This document shows positions 1-10,122 of a stretch of 64,000 bases of DNA, piece after piece. Source of the DNA: Nitrosopumilus sp. (GTDB lineage: Archaea; Thermoproteota; Nitrososphaeria; Nitrososphaerales; Nitrosopumilaceae); assembly GCA_965203315.1 (NCBI GenBank), contig CBDBCE010000004.1, positions 277,629 to 341,628 on the forward strand, read 5' to 3'. The notes beneath the pieces are model-generated. The model worked only from the letters and a program-made list of their open reading frames with translations, did no database searches and was not told the DNA's origin. The translations under genes were made by a program, and so were the position numbers. The stretch's first letter is position 1. Every line of letters begins with the position of its first letter.

Positions 1-168
1 CAATTGACGGGGGTTGAGATCGTGATGACGTTATCTCAAAGAACGTACAATATGAGACTCAAAACAGCAACAATTTGCGATAGCCCATATGAGGCCGTTT
101 CCATATTTTGCAAAATTTTTCGAGAATTTTATGCAGAAAATGCCAACCACCATTAATTGAACAGATCC
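1..168 (-). mobile_element. MITE family A (IS6-like ends), truncated by window start
   Basis: Reverse-complement copy of the ~170-bp element at 14274/16734/19672; ends AATTGAACAGATCC. Confidence 0.8.
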
Positions 169-196
169 AAAAAGGACGACTTTGATATTCTATCTA

Positions 197-313
197 GTGT
201 CTCTTCGGTGTACGTGGGATAAAACTTTACAGAAAAAAATACTATGGAATTCTGTAGGGAAAATTTAGTGACAAGTCTTGTAAAATACCATCCCACGTAA
301 ACCAAAAAGATCC
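197..313 (-). mobile_element. MITE family B (~115 bp)
   Basis: Imperfect terminal IR GTGTCTCTTCGGTGTA...TAAACCAAAAAGATCC; similar to 16459, 36101, 41216, 48244. Confidence 0.7.
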
Positions 314-355
314 TCCGGTGATGATATTTAAATCAGGCAAGTTGTTGTATATATT

Positions 356-1672
356 ATGGCAACACAGATGAGTGCAGCACGTAGGGGTGTGGCAACCGAT
401 GAGATGCGTCAAGTTGCGAGAGATGAAGATGTCTCATTAGATTGGTTGATCCCAAAGATTGCTAACGGTTCGATAATAATTCCTAGTAACAACTCTAGGC
501 CTCAAGAGATCCACAATGTAGGTATAGGCAAAGGACTAAAGACAAAGGTAAACGTCAACATTGGTACATCTACTAACAACATAGATCTGGATGCTGAGAT
601 AGAGAAAGCAAAGGTTGCTGTAAAGTATGATGCTGACACTATAATGGATCTGAGTGATGGTGGTGACGTTAAACATATACGTCGCACACTACTTGCTACT
701 GCGCCAATAACCTTTGGAACGGTTCCGATATACGAAGCATACAACTATGCGACCACGCCACCTAGAACCAATCCTCTAGACCTTACTGAAGACGACTATC
801 TTGACGCATTTGAGAACAATGCCAAAGATGGTGTTGATTATACTACAATTCACTGTGGAATAACCAAAGATATCGCAAAACGAATCTTAAAAGTTCGTCG
901 TCATGGCGGAATCGTAAGCAAAGGTGGAACGATCACTGCCGCGTGGATGTTGAAACATGATAAAGAGAACCCGTATCTCACACACTATGACTATCTTGTA
1001 GAGATTGCCAAGAAATACGATGTAACGTTCAGTCTAGGTGATGCACTGCGACCAGGCTCTATACTCGACTCACACGATGAACTCCAGGTACAAGAGATGA
1101 TCAACGTTGCTCAATTAACAAAACGTGCACATGAGCAAGATATTCAGGTGATGGTAGAGGGTCCTGGACATGTTCCATTAAACGAGGTTGCCGCAAATGT
1201 TCGCTTGGCAAAGTCACTCATAGGTGATGTTCCTTACTATGTCTTGGGTCCACTAGTAACTGATGTTGCATCTGGTCATGATCATATCGCAAGTGCAATA
1301 GGTGCTGCAGTCTCTGCAAGTGAGGGCGTAGACCTCTTGTGCTATCTGACTCCTGCTGAACACCTCGCGCTTCCTAACGCCGAAGAGGTCAAAGATGGAT
1401 TGATCGCGTATAGGATTGCAGCACATGCTGCAGATCTTGTAAAGATCAGAGACAAGGCAATAAAATGGGATGCTGAGATGAGTGAAGCTAGACGCACTCT
1501 GGATTGGGAACGCCAACTTGCACTGTCTATAGATCCAGAACGGGCTGCTCTAATTCATAGCCGAACTGGTCAACATCCTGGAAATAACGTTCCATGTACA
1601 ATGTGTGGTGGCGCGTGTGTGTATATGGTATTTCCACAACAAAAGAACTATCAACTAGAGCATACTGTCTAG
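356..1672 (+). CDS. thiC: phosphomethylpyrimidine synthase ThiC
   Basis: KTKVNVNIGTS, SLGDALRPG, EGPGHVP, C-terminal CTMCGGAC FeS motif. Confidence 0.97.
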   Translation: MATQMSAARRGVATDEMRQVARDEDVSLDWLIPKIANGSIIIPSNNSRPQEIHNVGIGKGLKTKVNVNIGTSTNNIDLDAEIEKAKVAVKYDADTIMDLSDGGDVKHIRRTLLATAPITFGTVPIYEAYNYATTPPRTNPLDLTEDDYLDAFENNAKDGVDYTTIHCGITKDIAKRILKVRRHGGIVSKGGTITAAWMLKHDKENPYLTHYDYLVEIAKKYDVTFSLGDALRPGSILDSHDELQVQEMINVAQLTKRAHEQDIQVMVEGPGHVPLNEVAANVRLAKSLIGDVPYYVLGPLVTDVASGHDHIASAIGAAVSASEGVDLLCYLTPAEHLALPNAEEVKDGLIAYRIAAHAADLVKIRDKAIKWDAEMSEARRTLDWERQLALSIDPERAALIHSRTGQHPGNNVPCTMCGGACVYMVFPQQKNYQLEHTV

Positions 1673-2053
1673 TATCTCATAGAGTTTGGGTACTGTGTCA
1701 TATTTGATGATATCTCTTGCAGGTACCCACCTATACTCATCATTCTCCCAGTTGAGGCGTATATTTTTGTGTCTTACATTGAACAGAAAGGGATGTATCA
1801 TCCACGTATCTCCGTAATCTGGGGTATCGGCTAGAGTGATCTGACCTGAACCTGCCAAAGTTATCTCTTTTGAACTAACTTTGGTCTCTTCGTATATCTC
1901 GATCATGGCTCGTTCTAGTGGGGACTCGCCAGGCTCGATCGTACCACTAACAGCTGACCACAAACCTCTCATCGTTTTGACACTAGCACTACGCTTGAGT
2001 ATCAAGATGTCTCTTTTGTATCTCAAAAACGATGTAGCTACTCTGTGTTGCAT
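1655..2053 (-). CDS. NUDIX hydrolase
   Basis: Nudix box GTIEPGESPLERAMIEIYEET. Confidence 0.9.
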   Translation of the reverse strand: MQHRVATSFLRYKRDILILKRSASVKTMRGLWSAVSGTIEPGESPLERAMIEIYEETKVSSKEITLAGSGQITLADTPDYGDTWMIHPFLFNVRHKNIRLNWENDEYRWVPARDIIKYDTVPKLYEILDSML

Positions 2054-2905
2054 TTACTTTTCAATAACTTTGAACATTCGAGTCATATTCTTGTATGAAC
2101 GATCAAGGTCTGCATGTTCACCCAATCGTTCTTGGCACTCTTTGATATAACTTGTCACCTCTTCTGTCTTGGACTCTTGGACCGCAGTGAGTAGTCTGCC
2201 GATATCTTTCCACAACTCTTCTGCAACCTTTCGTATCTCGGGATTTGCTATGATTGTCTCGATCAACTCTGGTGATTCCGTCATTATGCTCTCGGCAAGC
2301 GTCTTTTGAATCTTGAATGTCGTTCCAGACATCTTTTCAGTGAGTAACACCTTTTCATCTTTTGATATAATATTTGCAAATACTAGGTTCATCAAATGTA
2401 CTAGTCCAAGTATCACTGCAATCTTTTTGTCATGTTCTGCTGAATCAATAGTCACAAAGTTTGCACCTTCAAAGAGCGACTTTGTGGTGGCAAGCTCTTT
2501 CTTTGCGTCCTTTATTGGAACTGATATTATGTTCTGACCTTTGATCGTCTTGATACCTGGTCCAAACATTGGATGTATACATATTGGGTTGATCTTTGCA
2601 GGCATCTTTGATAGTGATGTCGAAACTTTGGATTTCTCAGATGATATCTCGATCAGATGTGTGCCTCGTTTCATCTCTTTTGCAATGAGTCTGATTATCT
2701 CGGGTGTTCGTCTAGTTGGCGTACACAACACCACATAGTCTGCTTTGAGGATCGAACCTACCAGTGACTCTGATACGATGATGTTTCTTCCAGGTACCTT
2801 GTTCTCAGAGTCGTAGCCAGTAACCTCATATCCTTTGTTTGCAAAGTATCTTGCAAACCATTGGCCCATCTGACCACCGGCTCCTATTACGGTTACTTTT
2901 TTCAT
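2054..2905 (-). CDS. tyrA: prephenate dehydrogenase
   Basis: IGAGGQMG Rossmann motif, HPMFGP, EHD; aro operon context. Confidence 0.92.
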   Translation of the reverse strand: MKKVTVIGAGGQMGQWFARYFANKGYEVTGYDSENKVPGRNIIVSESLVGSILKADYVVLCTPTRRTPEIIRLIAKEMKRGTHLIEISSEKSKVSTSLSKMPAKINPICIHPMFGPGIKTIKGQNIISVPIKDAKKELATTKSLFEGANFVTIDSAEHDKKIAVILGLVHLMNLVFANIISKDEKVLLTEKMSGTTFKIQKTLAESIMTESPELIETIIANPEIRKVAEELWKDIGRLLTAVQESKTEEVTSYIKECQERLGEHADLDRSYKNMTRMFKVIEK

Positions 2906-4248
2906 ACTGTACTCTCCATTATACTCTCTAGTATATTCATTCCCTCAATTAGTGTCTTTTCATTCTGACAAGCTGATAATCTGACAAATTTATCATAATC
3001 TCCAAATCCTTCGCCTGGCGCAACCGCTAGTCCATGTTCAAGTGCATCTTTGGCAATCTTTGTACCACTGTCTTTGGTTCGTACAAATAGATACATGGCA
3101 CCACTTGGTGGAACAAACTCTAGCTTCATATCTGTTGCCATCTTGGTTAATAGATCCAATCTCCTCTTGATTATGTTGGCATAGTCTACATTTACATCTA
3201 GTGCTTTAACTGCTGCATATTGGATCGGCGACGAGACGCTTGTCAGACATAGCGCTGCAAGTTTTGACATACGTTGTATGATATCGGGACTGGACACCGC
3301 ATATCCTATACGAAGTCCGGTCATCGCATGAGATTTGGAGAATGACTGGGTTATGATACTCTTTGGATATCCATAACTCAAGATACTCTTGTGTCTGACC
3401 GACGTATATGTAGAGTATATCTCATCACTGAGAAGATACAGTTGGTTGTCTCTTGCAATGTCTGCTATTCCGTCTTGTGTCTCTATGGGCAAGACTTTTC
3501 CTGTAGGGTTGTTTGGATAGTTTAGCACGATCATCTTTGTATGTTGGTTTATCAGACTCTGTATCTGATCTAGTGACGGTTCCCATCCGTCCTCAAGTGT
3601 TGTGTGAACTATACGTACCTTGACTCCTGACTCAAATGCACAGCTCTTGTACGCAGGCCATGCAGGTTCGATCACGATCATCTCGTCGCCAGGATTGAGT
3701 AGTGTCTTTATTGCAGAGAATACTGCAAACCTAGCTCCTGGACTTGCCATGATGTTATCTGCTGTTGTGTCGTATCCCAACTTTGTTGCAACGCTCTCTC
3801 GAAACTCTTTCGTACCTGTGGGTGATCCATACTTTACATGTCCCAGGTCTACGGCTGATGACAGTCCTTGTTGTACTACACTAGGTGGGGCAAAGTCAGG
3901 CTCGCCTACTTCCATGTGTATTATCTCTCTGCCTTGTTGCTCAAGCTCTTTTGCTTTGAGAAATATTCCGAGGTGCGTCTGTTTATTGGCAGATTGGATC
4001 TTTATTGACTCGTTTAGAAGAATATTTAGGAATCTTGTTGCAGTCGACTCGTCCATATCTATCTCTTTACACAATGCTAAGACTTTGCTGCGTAAACTAT
4101 GCTCTCTTGACTCGTCTGTCACTCCTTTACCTATGTGCTCTTTTACCTTGCCAATGTCTGCGGCCAAAGTATTACGAGTCTTGAGTAATCGGATCATACT
4201 GAGTGTAGTCTGATCCATCTTGTCTCTGAGATCTCTGATATCTGACAT
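2902..4248 (-). CDS. chorismate mutase (AroQ) fused to class I/II aminotransferase
   Basis: N-term IRDLRDKMD...R...IGKVK...DESRE; PLP domain PNNPTG, DEIY, SFSKSHAMTGLRIG. Confidence 0.9.
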   Translation of the reverse strand: MSDIRDLRDKMDQTTLSMIRLLKTRNTLAADIGKVKEHIGKGVTDESREHSLRSKVLALCKEIDMDESTATRFLNILLNESIKIQSANKQTHLGIFLKAKELEQQGREIIHMEVGEPDFAPPSVVQQGLSSAVDLGHVKYGSPTGTKEFRESVATKLGYDTTADNIMASPGARFAVFSAIKTLLNPGDEMIVIEPAWPAYKSCAFESGVKVRIVHTTLEDGWEPSLDQIQSLINQHTKMIVLNYPNNPTGKVLPIETQDGIADIARDNQLYLLSDEIYSTYTSVRHKSILSYGYPKSIITQSFSKSHAMTGLRIGYAVSSPDIIQRMSKLAALCLTSVSSPIQYAAVKALDVNVDYANIIKRRLDLLTKMATDMKLEFVPPSGAMYLFVRTKDSGTKIAKDALEHGLAVAPGEGFGDYDKFVRLSACQNEKTLIEGMNILESIMESTV

Positions 4249-5345
4249 TATAGTACTGGCTTGATAACTCCTGCCATTAATGCGTGGTCTGCTAGTGTTA
4301 GAGATACAAGAGCGTCAACCACCGGTGGCGCTCTAGGGACGACACATGGATCATGTCTTCCTTTGACCTCTAGCGTGGTGATCTCTCTTGTTTTTATATC
4401 TACAGTACTCTGACTCTGTGGTATTGATGATACCGGTTTGAATGCAACTCGCATAACTATGGGCATTCCATTTGATATGCCTCCTAGTATTCCTCCTGCG
4501 TTGTTTGTTTTAGTTATGATCTTGTCTTGTTCTATTGTGTATAGATCGTTGTTCTCTGATCCAAACAACTCTGAACCACGAAATCCGGATCCAAACTCGA
4601 CTCCTTTGACAGAAGGTATAGAAAATATTGCTCTACTCAGATCAGACTCTAGCGAGTTAAATATCGGTTCGCCAAGTCCTACTGGAACGTTGGTTGTGGT
4701 AGACTCGATTATTCCACCTAGAGAATCTCCTGCCTTCTTTGCAGCAAGAATATCGTCATGCATAACTTTTGCCGTCTTGGTATCTGGACATCGTGTATCA
4801 CTATTGTATATTCTATCTATCATTGTATCATCAAAACTTTGTAACATCTTGGTCTTGCCGATCTGTATCGTATACGCATGAGTTTCCATGTTGAGAACTT
4901 GTTTGACAAGCTTGCGTGCTATTGCTCCACCCAATACATGAGTTGCAGTTAATCTACCGGAGAATCGTCCTCCTCCACGATAGTCATTTTGATAATTGTA
5001 TTTTATCATTGCAGTATAATCAGCATGTCCGGGTCTGAGTTTTGTTCTAAGGGCATCATAATCTTTTGATCTATGATCACTGTTGCGTATCATCATCGTT
5101 ATTGGAGCTCCAGTTGTATGTCCACGAAACGTACCTGATACTATCTCTACTGTATCCCCCTCTCTCCTCTGTGTTGAGATGATGCTCTGACCAGGTCTAC
5201 GCTGATCCAACATTGGTTGTATGTCGTGTTCGTCAATACTCAATCCTGCAGGACACCCATCTAGTACCGCACCTATAGCTATACCATGACTCTCACCGAA
5301 ACTTGTCAAGACCAGTCGTTGACCAATAGAACTACCAAACAACAT
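4248..5345 (-). CDS. aroC: chorismate synthase
   Basis: GESHG, RPGHAD, RFSGR, GRHDPC; start moved to MLFGSS ATG (5345), which has a TTATAA box ~25 nt upstream. Confidence 0.95.
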   Translation of the reverse strand: MLFGSSIGQRLVLTSFGESHGIAIGAVLDGCPAGLSIDEHDIQPMLDQRRPGQSIISTQRREGDTVEIVSGTFRGHTTGAPITMMIRNSDHRSKDYDALRTKLRPGHADYTAMIKYNYQNDYRGGGRFSGRLTATHVLGGAIARKLVKQVLNMETHAYTIQIGKTKMLQSFDDTMIDRIYNSDTRCPDTKTAKVMHDDILAAKKAGDSLGGIIESTTTNVPVGLGEPIFNSLESDLSRAIFSIPSVKGVEFGSGFRGSELFGSENNDLYTIEQDKIITKTNNAGGILGGISNGMPIVMRVAFKPVSSIPQSQSTVDIKTREITTLEVKGRHDPCVVPRAPPVVDALVSLTLADHALMAGVIKPVL

Positions 5346-5390
5346 TATGTCTCGTGTATGATCACGTTTATAATTCCTCATTATTTCGTA

Positions 5391-5551
5391 GATTCTGTCA
5401 ATGTCGTACGGTTTACAGTTTTTCTCCTTTACAAAATTCTTGATTTTGCAAAATGTAAAATGATTACAGGCGATCTAGTTTGTTGTTTTGAATCAGATTG
5501 TATACACTCAGATATCATCTAAATCTCACTTTTCATCAGATTAATGTAACC
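5391..5551 (+). mobile_element. degenerate MITE family A relic between aroK and aroC
   Basis: Shares ACAAAATTCTTGA, TTTTGCAAAAT, TGTTTTGA(A/G)TCA blocks and GATTCTGT...AACC ends with family A. Confidence 0.55.
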
Positions 5552-5553
5552 GA

Positions 5554-6408
5554 CTAGTCGTCGATCTGAACAACTGCCTTTTGATTGTTGATCTTTGATA
5601 CGATTATTCTCCCATCCATCTCACGAAATACACTCTCTACTGCACTAGTGTCATGTTGTTTTACAATTGCAGCTAATGCGGGACCGTTACCGGATACCGA
5701 CGCAGCTATTGCTCCTGCCTCTAGGAGATCAGTTACTATCTTTGGCTCAGAGCCTAGTATTTTAGCAGCTGCAAGGCCGTTTATGTTCATCGCCTTCCAG
5801 TATCTTTGATCTCGTGCTAGATGCCACGCACTTTCAAACGCCGGTCTCAGTACCTCTAACTCTTTGACCTTTCCACGTCTCCTGTTCCTTGGCAGAAATA
5901 TTACCGAAAGCATATCTGTTGGTCCAGGCTCCTGTCTGACTCTCTCACATCTTTCGTTATCTGTTACGTTGAATCCTCCGTAATAACAAGAACAAGCATC
6001 ATCATATGCTCCTGTAATGCTGACGCCAGCTGATATTGACGCTCTGACACCGGCAACGAGTATCTCTTGATCTGTCATATTTGGTTTAAAGATCTTGGCT
6101 GTCGCCATTGCAATTGCCGATGATATCGCGCTAGAACTCTTTAGACCGTATCCTGCTGGAATCTCTGAGTCTAGTTCAACTAGTATCTCGTTTGACTCTA
6201 TCTCTGAACTAGAAACTATCTCTGATATTGTACTCTGTACCAACCGTAGACTCGTACTCTTGTCATCGGATTGTATGGTGATACCGTGCCCTCTGGTCTT
6301 TGTTACTGTTGCCCTCACAGTCAGATCTATGCCCAGAGTTGCTCCTCGTCTAGCAGCTATGGCATTTACTATTGATATTGCCCCATGTACTGTACTGGTC
6401 GCCTTCAT
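5554..6408 (-). CDS. aroK: archaeal shikimate kinase (GHMP family)
   Basis: HGAISIVNA, PAGYGLKSSSA, ITGAYDDA, VSGNGP. Confidence 0.95.
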   Translation of the reverse strand: MKATSTVHGAISIVNAIAARRGATLGIDLTVRATVTKTRGHGITIQSDDKSTSLRLVQSTISEIVSSSEIESNEILVELDSEIPAGYGLKSSSAISSAIAMATAKIFKPNMTDQEILVAGVRASISAGVSITGAYDDACSCYYGGFNVTDNERCERVRQEPGPTDMLSVIFLPRNRRRGKVKELEVLRPAFESAWHLARDQRYWKAMNINGLAAAKILGSEPKIVTDLLEAGAIAASVSGNGPALAAIVKQHDTSAVESVFREMDGRIIVSKINNQKAVVQIDD

Positions 6409-7227
6409 TCACACTCCTCCCAACAATGCACGTCTCATAGCTTTGTAGGGTGCTTTGATGCCGTGCCATATCTCAAATGCCCGCACAGCTTGTCCCAACA
6501 ACATCTCGTATCCTAGTATGACTGTGGCACCGTTTGCTTTTGCTTTCTGTACAAAGTCGGTGTTCATCGGCATATACACAATATCATACGCTATGATCCC
6601 TGACGCGTGCTCAAACTTTACTAGGCTGGGCTCGTTTTGTAGCCCAAGCGGTGTTGCATTGATTACAATATCATATCCGTTTACATTTGACACATCAGAT
6701 ATGTTTGATACTGTTGCATCTAGATCCAACTTTGTAGCAAACTCTGCAAGTACATCTGCATTATGTTGAGTTTTATTTGCAATTGTTATACTAGATATGT
6801 TCTCCATAGCTAGTCCTGCAACTATTGCTCGCGCCGCTCCACCCGCACCTAGTATCAACACTCTCTTGTTCTTTAGATCAATCTCTCTCTGCTTGAATGG
6901 TGCCAAAAAACCATCCATGTCTGTGTTGTACCCTTTTAGTATTCCATCTTGATTTACAACTGTATTGACCGCACCGATGAGACTCGCTGACTCGTCCGTG
7001 ATGTCTATGTATCGCATCATATCGATCTTGTGTGGGATGGTAACATTGAATCCACTTATTCTGATCTTCTTTAGTCCTTCTATTCCCAATGCGAGTTCGC
7101 CTCGAGGAATCCTATACGCAATATATGAGCAATCTAGATCCAATTCACGAAATGCAGCACTATGGATGTTTGGTGATAGTGAGTGATTTATCGGATCGCC
7201 AATCACAGCAAATGTCTTGGACATCAT
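6409..7227 (-). CDS. aroE: shikimate dehydrogenase
   Basis: HSLSP, NVTIPHK, NTD, GAGGAA. Confidence 0.96.
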   Translation of the reverse strand: MMSKTFAVIGDPINHSLSPNIHSAAFRELDLDCSYIAYRIPRGELALGIEGLKKIRISGFNVTIPHKIDMMRYIDITDESASLIGAVNTVVNQDGILKGYNTDMDGFLAPFKQREIDLKNKRVLILGAGGAARAIVAGLAMENISSITIANKTQHNADVLAEFATKLDLDATVSNISDVSNVNGYDIVINATPLGLQNEPSLVKFEHASGIIAYDIVYMPMNTDFVQKAKANGATVILGYEMLLGQAVRAFEIWHGIKAPYKAMRRALLGGV

Positions 7228-7243
7228 CTCGTATGTTATGAGA

Positions 7244-7918
7244 TTAGCGATTTAAATCAAGAGTTATTATCTTGTTCATCTCGTCTAAACTAAACTGGCC
7301 TGGTGCAACTGGTTTACCTTGTGACACATATGTGTACGGGCTGCCCAAATACAAACTCAAGATCCTTGTGATTCGACCTTGATCCCCCATCGCAAATGAT
7401 ATGAGATTTATCGAGTTGTCTCTATACAGAGATAGCATCTTTGTTGCGTCGTGTATGGTTCTAGCATTGCATACGATTTTTACATAGTTTGAGAATAGTT
7501 TCATCTGTTCCAATCTTCTTTTGAGTATATTGATACTGGGTGTAGATTTAAAGTTGTGCCAAGATATCAACATGTTTGTTCTGGTTGTCTTTATGTAATC
7601 TGCAAGACTCTTGTCTCTTCGTATTGTGTTGTATTCTATATCTAGTAAAAACGGTTCATACTCTGCCACCAGTTTCAATATGGATGTGCGTTCTCTCTCA
7701 CTGCCTGCAAACTCTCCTCCTTCATATTTAGATCTGACTGTACAAACCGTTCTAGGTAGATACTCTTTGATCATCTCCAAGGCTGTCGGAATGTCTTTTG
7801 GTCTTAAGAAATCCAGTCTCGCCTCAACATATGTTGATCTCTGCAGTACTTTGGATGCAATCTGTCTAATTATAGACGGACTAGTCTCTGCAATCGTTAC
7901 ACAAGTCTTGTATCTCAT
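7244..7918 (-). CDS. aroD: type I 3-dehydroquinate dehydratase
   Basis: EARLD, TVRSKYEGG, SWHNF, AMG...TR, APGQ. Confidence 0.93.
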   Translation of the reverse strand: MRYKTCVTIAETSPSIIRQIASKVLQRSTYVEARLDFLRPKDIPTALEMIKEYLPRTVCTVRSKYEGGEFAGSERERTSILKLVAEYEPFLLDIEYNTIRRDKSLADYIKTTRTNMLISWHNFKSTPSINILKRRLEQMKLFSNYVKIVCNARTIHDATKMLSLYRDNSINLISFAMGDQGRITRILSLYLGSPYTYVSQGKPVAPGQFSLDEMNKIITLDLNR

Positions 7919-8964
7919 TTCTCTAGTATGTACTCGTCTGATACTTGCATTCCAAAATGTCTTCCTGCAGCAGGTTTTGCATGAACCATTACCATGTCAC
8001 CTCTCTTTAGGTGTGTTACCGAGACTAGATCGCCATCTGGTCTCACAAAACGTATCGTCTCTGCATCTTGTGCTATAATTCCCCCCACCTCTGATTTTAC
8101 AACTGCCTTGATCATCAACATTGGTCTACGTTCTATCTTTGATCTGCCTACTGCTGCTCGCCGTGCTTGACCCTTTGCGTTCAAGATCAATACCTCGGAT
8201 CCAGTCTCTATCTCTGATAGATAACTAGTTGTTCCATCTGGTAGTAGAGTGTAGCAGTGAACTGCACCTGCATTCACTCGAAAAGGTCGCGGTGATGTAA
8301 ATGATGAACCGACTGCTTCGTTGTGTACTAGGAACATAAAGTTTGATCTACTGCCCACAAGCATTCCTTCACCTATACGTAACATCGAAGCTGTATCTAC
8401 ACATACGCGCTCACCGTCACCTACCTCTTTTATCTCGGTTATCTCTGCTGGTGTCATCTCAAAGTCTCTACTGCCCATGTATGTCATAGCTTCTCTAACT
8501 TGATCTATGGATGTTGCTGTGAATATTACCCCATCTACTCCTACCTCTAATATCGAGAACATCTTTCTGACCTCTTTTGGAGTATCTGCTATGGCAAATA
8601 TCTTGGTGTGAATCTTGTGTAGTTTCGCAATGATATTCTCGAGTGGGATTATCTTCCAATCTTTAACATCTACTATTACAAAACTGAGACCGCTCTCTGC
8701 CGCATCGTACAGTCCTTGAATGTCTGTATTTGATGATATCGAAAACCGTCTACCGATGTTTCTGTTTTTTGATCTAGATGATCCATCTAGTACAATCATA
8801 TCTGCTTTGTTTGATGTGTACATTGTTTGTAGTTTGGTCTTTTGGAGTCTTTTGGGATCTAGATATATCATCTCTATTCCCTCTGATTCAAGTTGTGCAA
8901 GGAACTTTGGCAACTGTGATTGAGGTACTTTGGGTACAATAACCAACTCTTTTGTCTTACTCAA
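7915..8964 (-). CDS. aroB': 3-dehydroquinate synthase II (archaeal AroB')
   Basis: DWKIIPLEN, RVCVDT, RPFRVNAG, GRHFG. Confidence 0.93.
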   Translation of the reverse strand: MSKTKELVIVPKVPQSQLPKFLAQLESEGIEMIYLDPKRLQKTKLQTMYTSNKADMIVLDGSSRSKNRNIGRRFSISSNTDIQGLYDAAESGLSFVIVDVKDWKIIPLENIIAKLHKIHTKIFAIADTPKEVRKMFSILEVGVDGVIFTATSIDQVREAMTYMGSRDFEMTPAEITEIKEVGDGERVCVDTASMLRIGEGMLVGSRSNFMFLVHNEAVGSSFTSPRPFRVNAGAVHCYTLLPDGTTSYLSEIETGSEVLILNAKGQARRAAVGRSKIERRPMLMIKAVVKSEVGGIIAQDAETIRFVRPDGDLVSVTHLKRGDMVMVHAKPAAGRHFGMQVSDEYILEK

Positions 8965-9739
8965 ATCTCTTCATTGCTTCCTTTGCTGAATGTCTTCTAA
9001 ATACTATCTCGGATAGAGCTTCGACCATCTTTTCTGGTCTCTTGTGTGCAAATATGTTTCGACCATAAGTAACTCCTTTAGCACCTGCTGCCATCACATC
9101 TTCGGTCATCTGTAAAATATCCATATCTGTCTCTGTCTTTGGTCCCCCCGCGACAACTATTGGTACGGGTGTACTCTTTACAATATTTGTAAACGAGTCA
9201 ATATCTCCTGTGTATACCGTCTTTACAATGTCTGCCCCACACTCTGCACCTATGCGTGCAACATGACCTACTATGTCTGGATCATGTGGATTTGAGACAT
9301 TCTCGCCTCTAGGATACATCATTGCCAAGAGTGGCATTCCCCACTGATGGCACTGTGTTGATATTGTTCCTAGCTGTTCTAACATCTCTGGTTCTTCCTT
9401 GCCTCCTATATTGATGTGGAGTGATACGCCATCTGCTCCCATCGCAACTGCCTCTTTTACAGTTCCAGTTAGCATCTTCCGATTGGGTGATACTGATAGT
9501 GATGTACTAGTAGAAAAATGGATCAAGACTCCTGCACGTATGGGTCTTGGTAGTGCTTTCAACACGCCTTTGTTTATTATTATGCTAGATAGTCCATGTC
9601 CGTCACATCTCTGAATCATCGATACAGGATCTTCAAGACCTTTTATGGGACCGTTTGATATTCCGTGATCCATAGGGATGCAGAGCATCTTTCCTCTCCG
9701 CATTATGCGATCAAGTCTTATCTGATTCCCTGACACCAT
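8957..9739 (-). CDS. aroA': 2-amino-3,7-dideoxy-D-threo-hept-6-ulosonate synthase (class I aldolase)
   Basis: PMDHG, MMYPRG, GADIVKT, AGG, GRNIF; first gene of aro operon. Confidence 0.92.
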   Translation of the reverse strand: MVSGNQIRLDRIMRRGKMLCIPMDHGISNGPIKGLEDPVSMIQRCDGHGLSSIIINKGVLKALPRPIRAGVLIHFSTSTSLSVSPNRKMLTGTVKEAVAMGADGVSLHINIGGKEEPEMLEQLGTISTQCHQWGMPLLAMMYPRGENVSNPHDPDIVGHVARIGAECGADIVKTVYTGDIDSFTNIVKSTPVPIVVAGGPKTETDMDILQMTEDVMAAGAKGVTYGRNIFAHKRPEKMVEALSEIVFRRHSAKEAMKRFE

Positions 9740-9774
9740 GAATACTCTGATTTGATATATCCTATTTAAAAATA

Positions 9775-9800
9775 GGCGATTAGCTACCTGGGACCCCTAA
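9775..9800 (+). mobile_element. IS1595-like terminal repeat relic (MITE family D)
   Basis: GGCGATTAGCTACCTGGGACCCCTAA resembles left end GGCGATTGCTCATTTCGAGCCCCTAA of the IS at 56868. Confidence 0.5.
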
Positions 9801-10071
9801 CAGATACTGGATCATCGAATCAGAGCACGATCTTGGTTATCGTATTTCCACTCCATCTCCTAGATGATTGCCGGTACTAGTTTTCGTTCAACGTCATTAT
9901 AAAATATCTATTCCTGAAATATCCGCCTCGTACTAGAACTACAGTTAGGACACTTTCAATAGGACATAGAACACATCATAACTAAATCAAAATAAAAAGA
10001 GGGCTAGCTCAAAGGTAGAACTAACTTTGTTGTCAGCAATGTATTCTACACATATACCATAATTAAAGGTC

Positions 10072-10089
10072 GTGGACCGGAAGGGATTC
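10072..10089 (-). other. tRNA-Ala 3'-end fragment, putative att scar
   Basis: Minus strand GAATCCCTTCCGGTCCAC = end of T-loop, T-stem 3' strand, acceptor strand CCGGTCC (U70) and discriminator A; rest of tRNA absent. Confidence 0.6.
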
Positions 10090-10122
10090 TGTGGGATGTT
10101 ATTTGTTGCTCATACTCAGATT

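Noticed and set aside
170-355. TPP riboswitch upstream of thiC
   Set aside because: The region is a MITE plus a TATA box ~25 nt before ATG; no riboswitch consensus seen.
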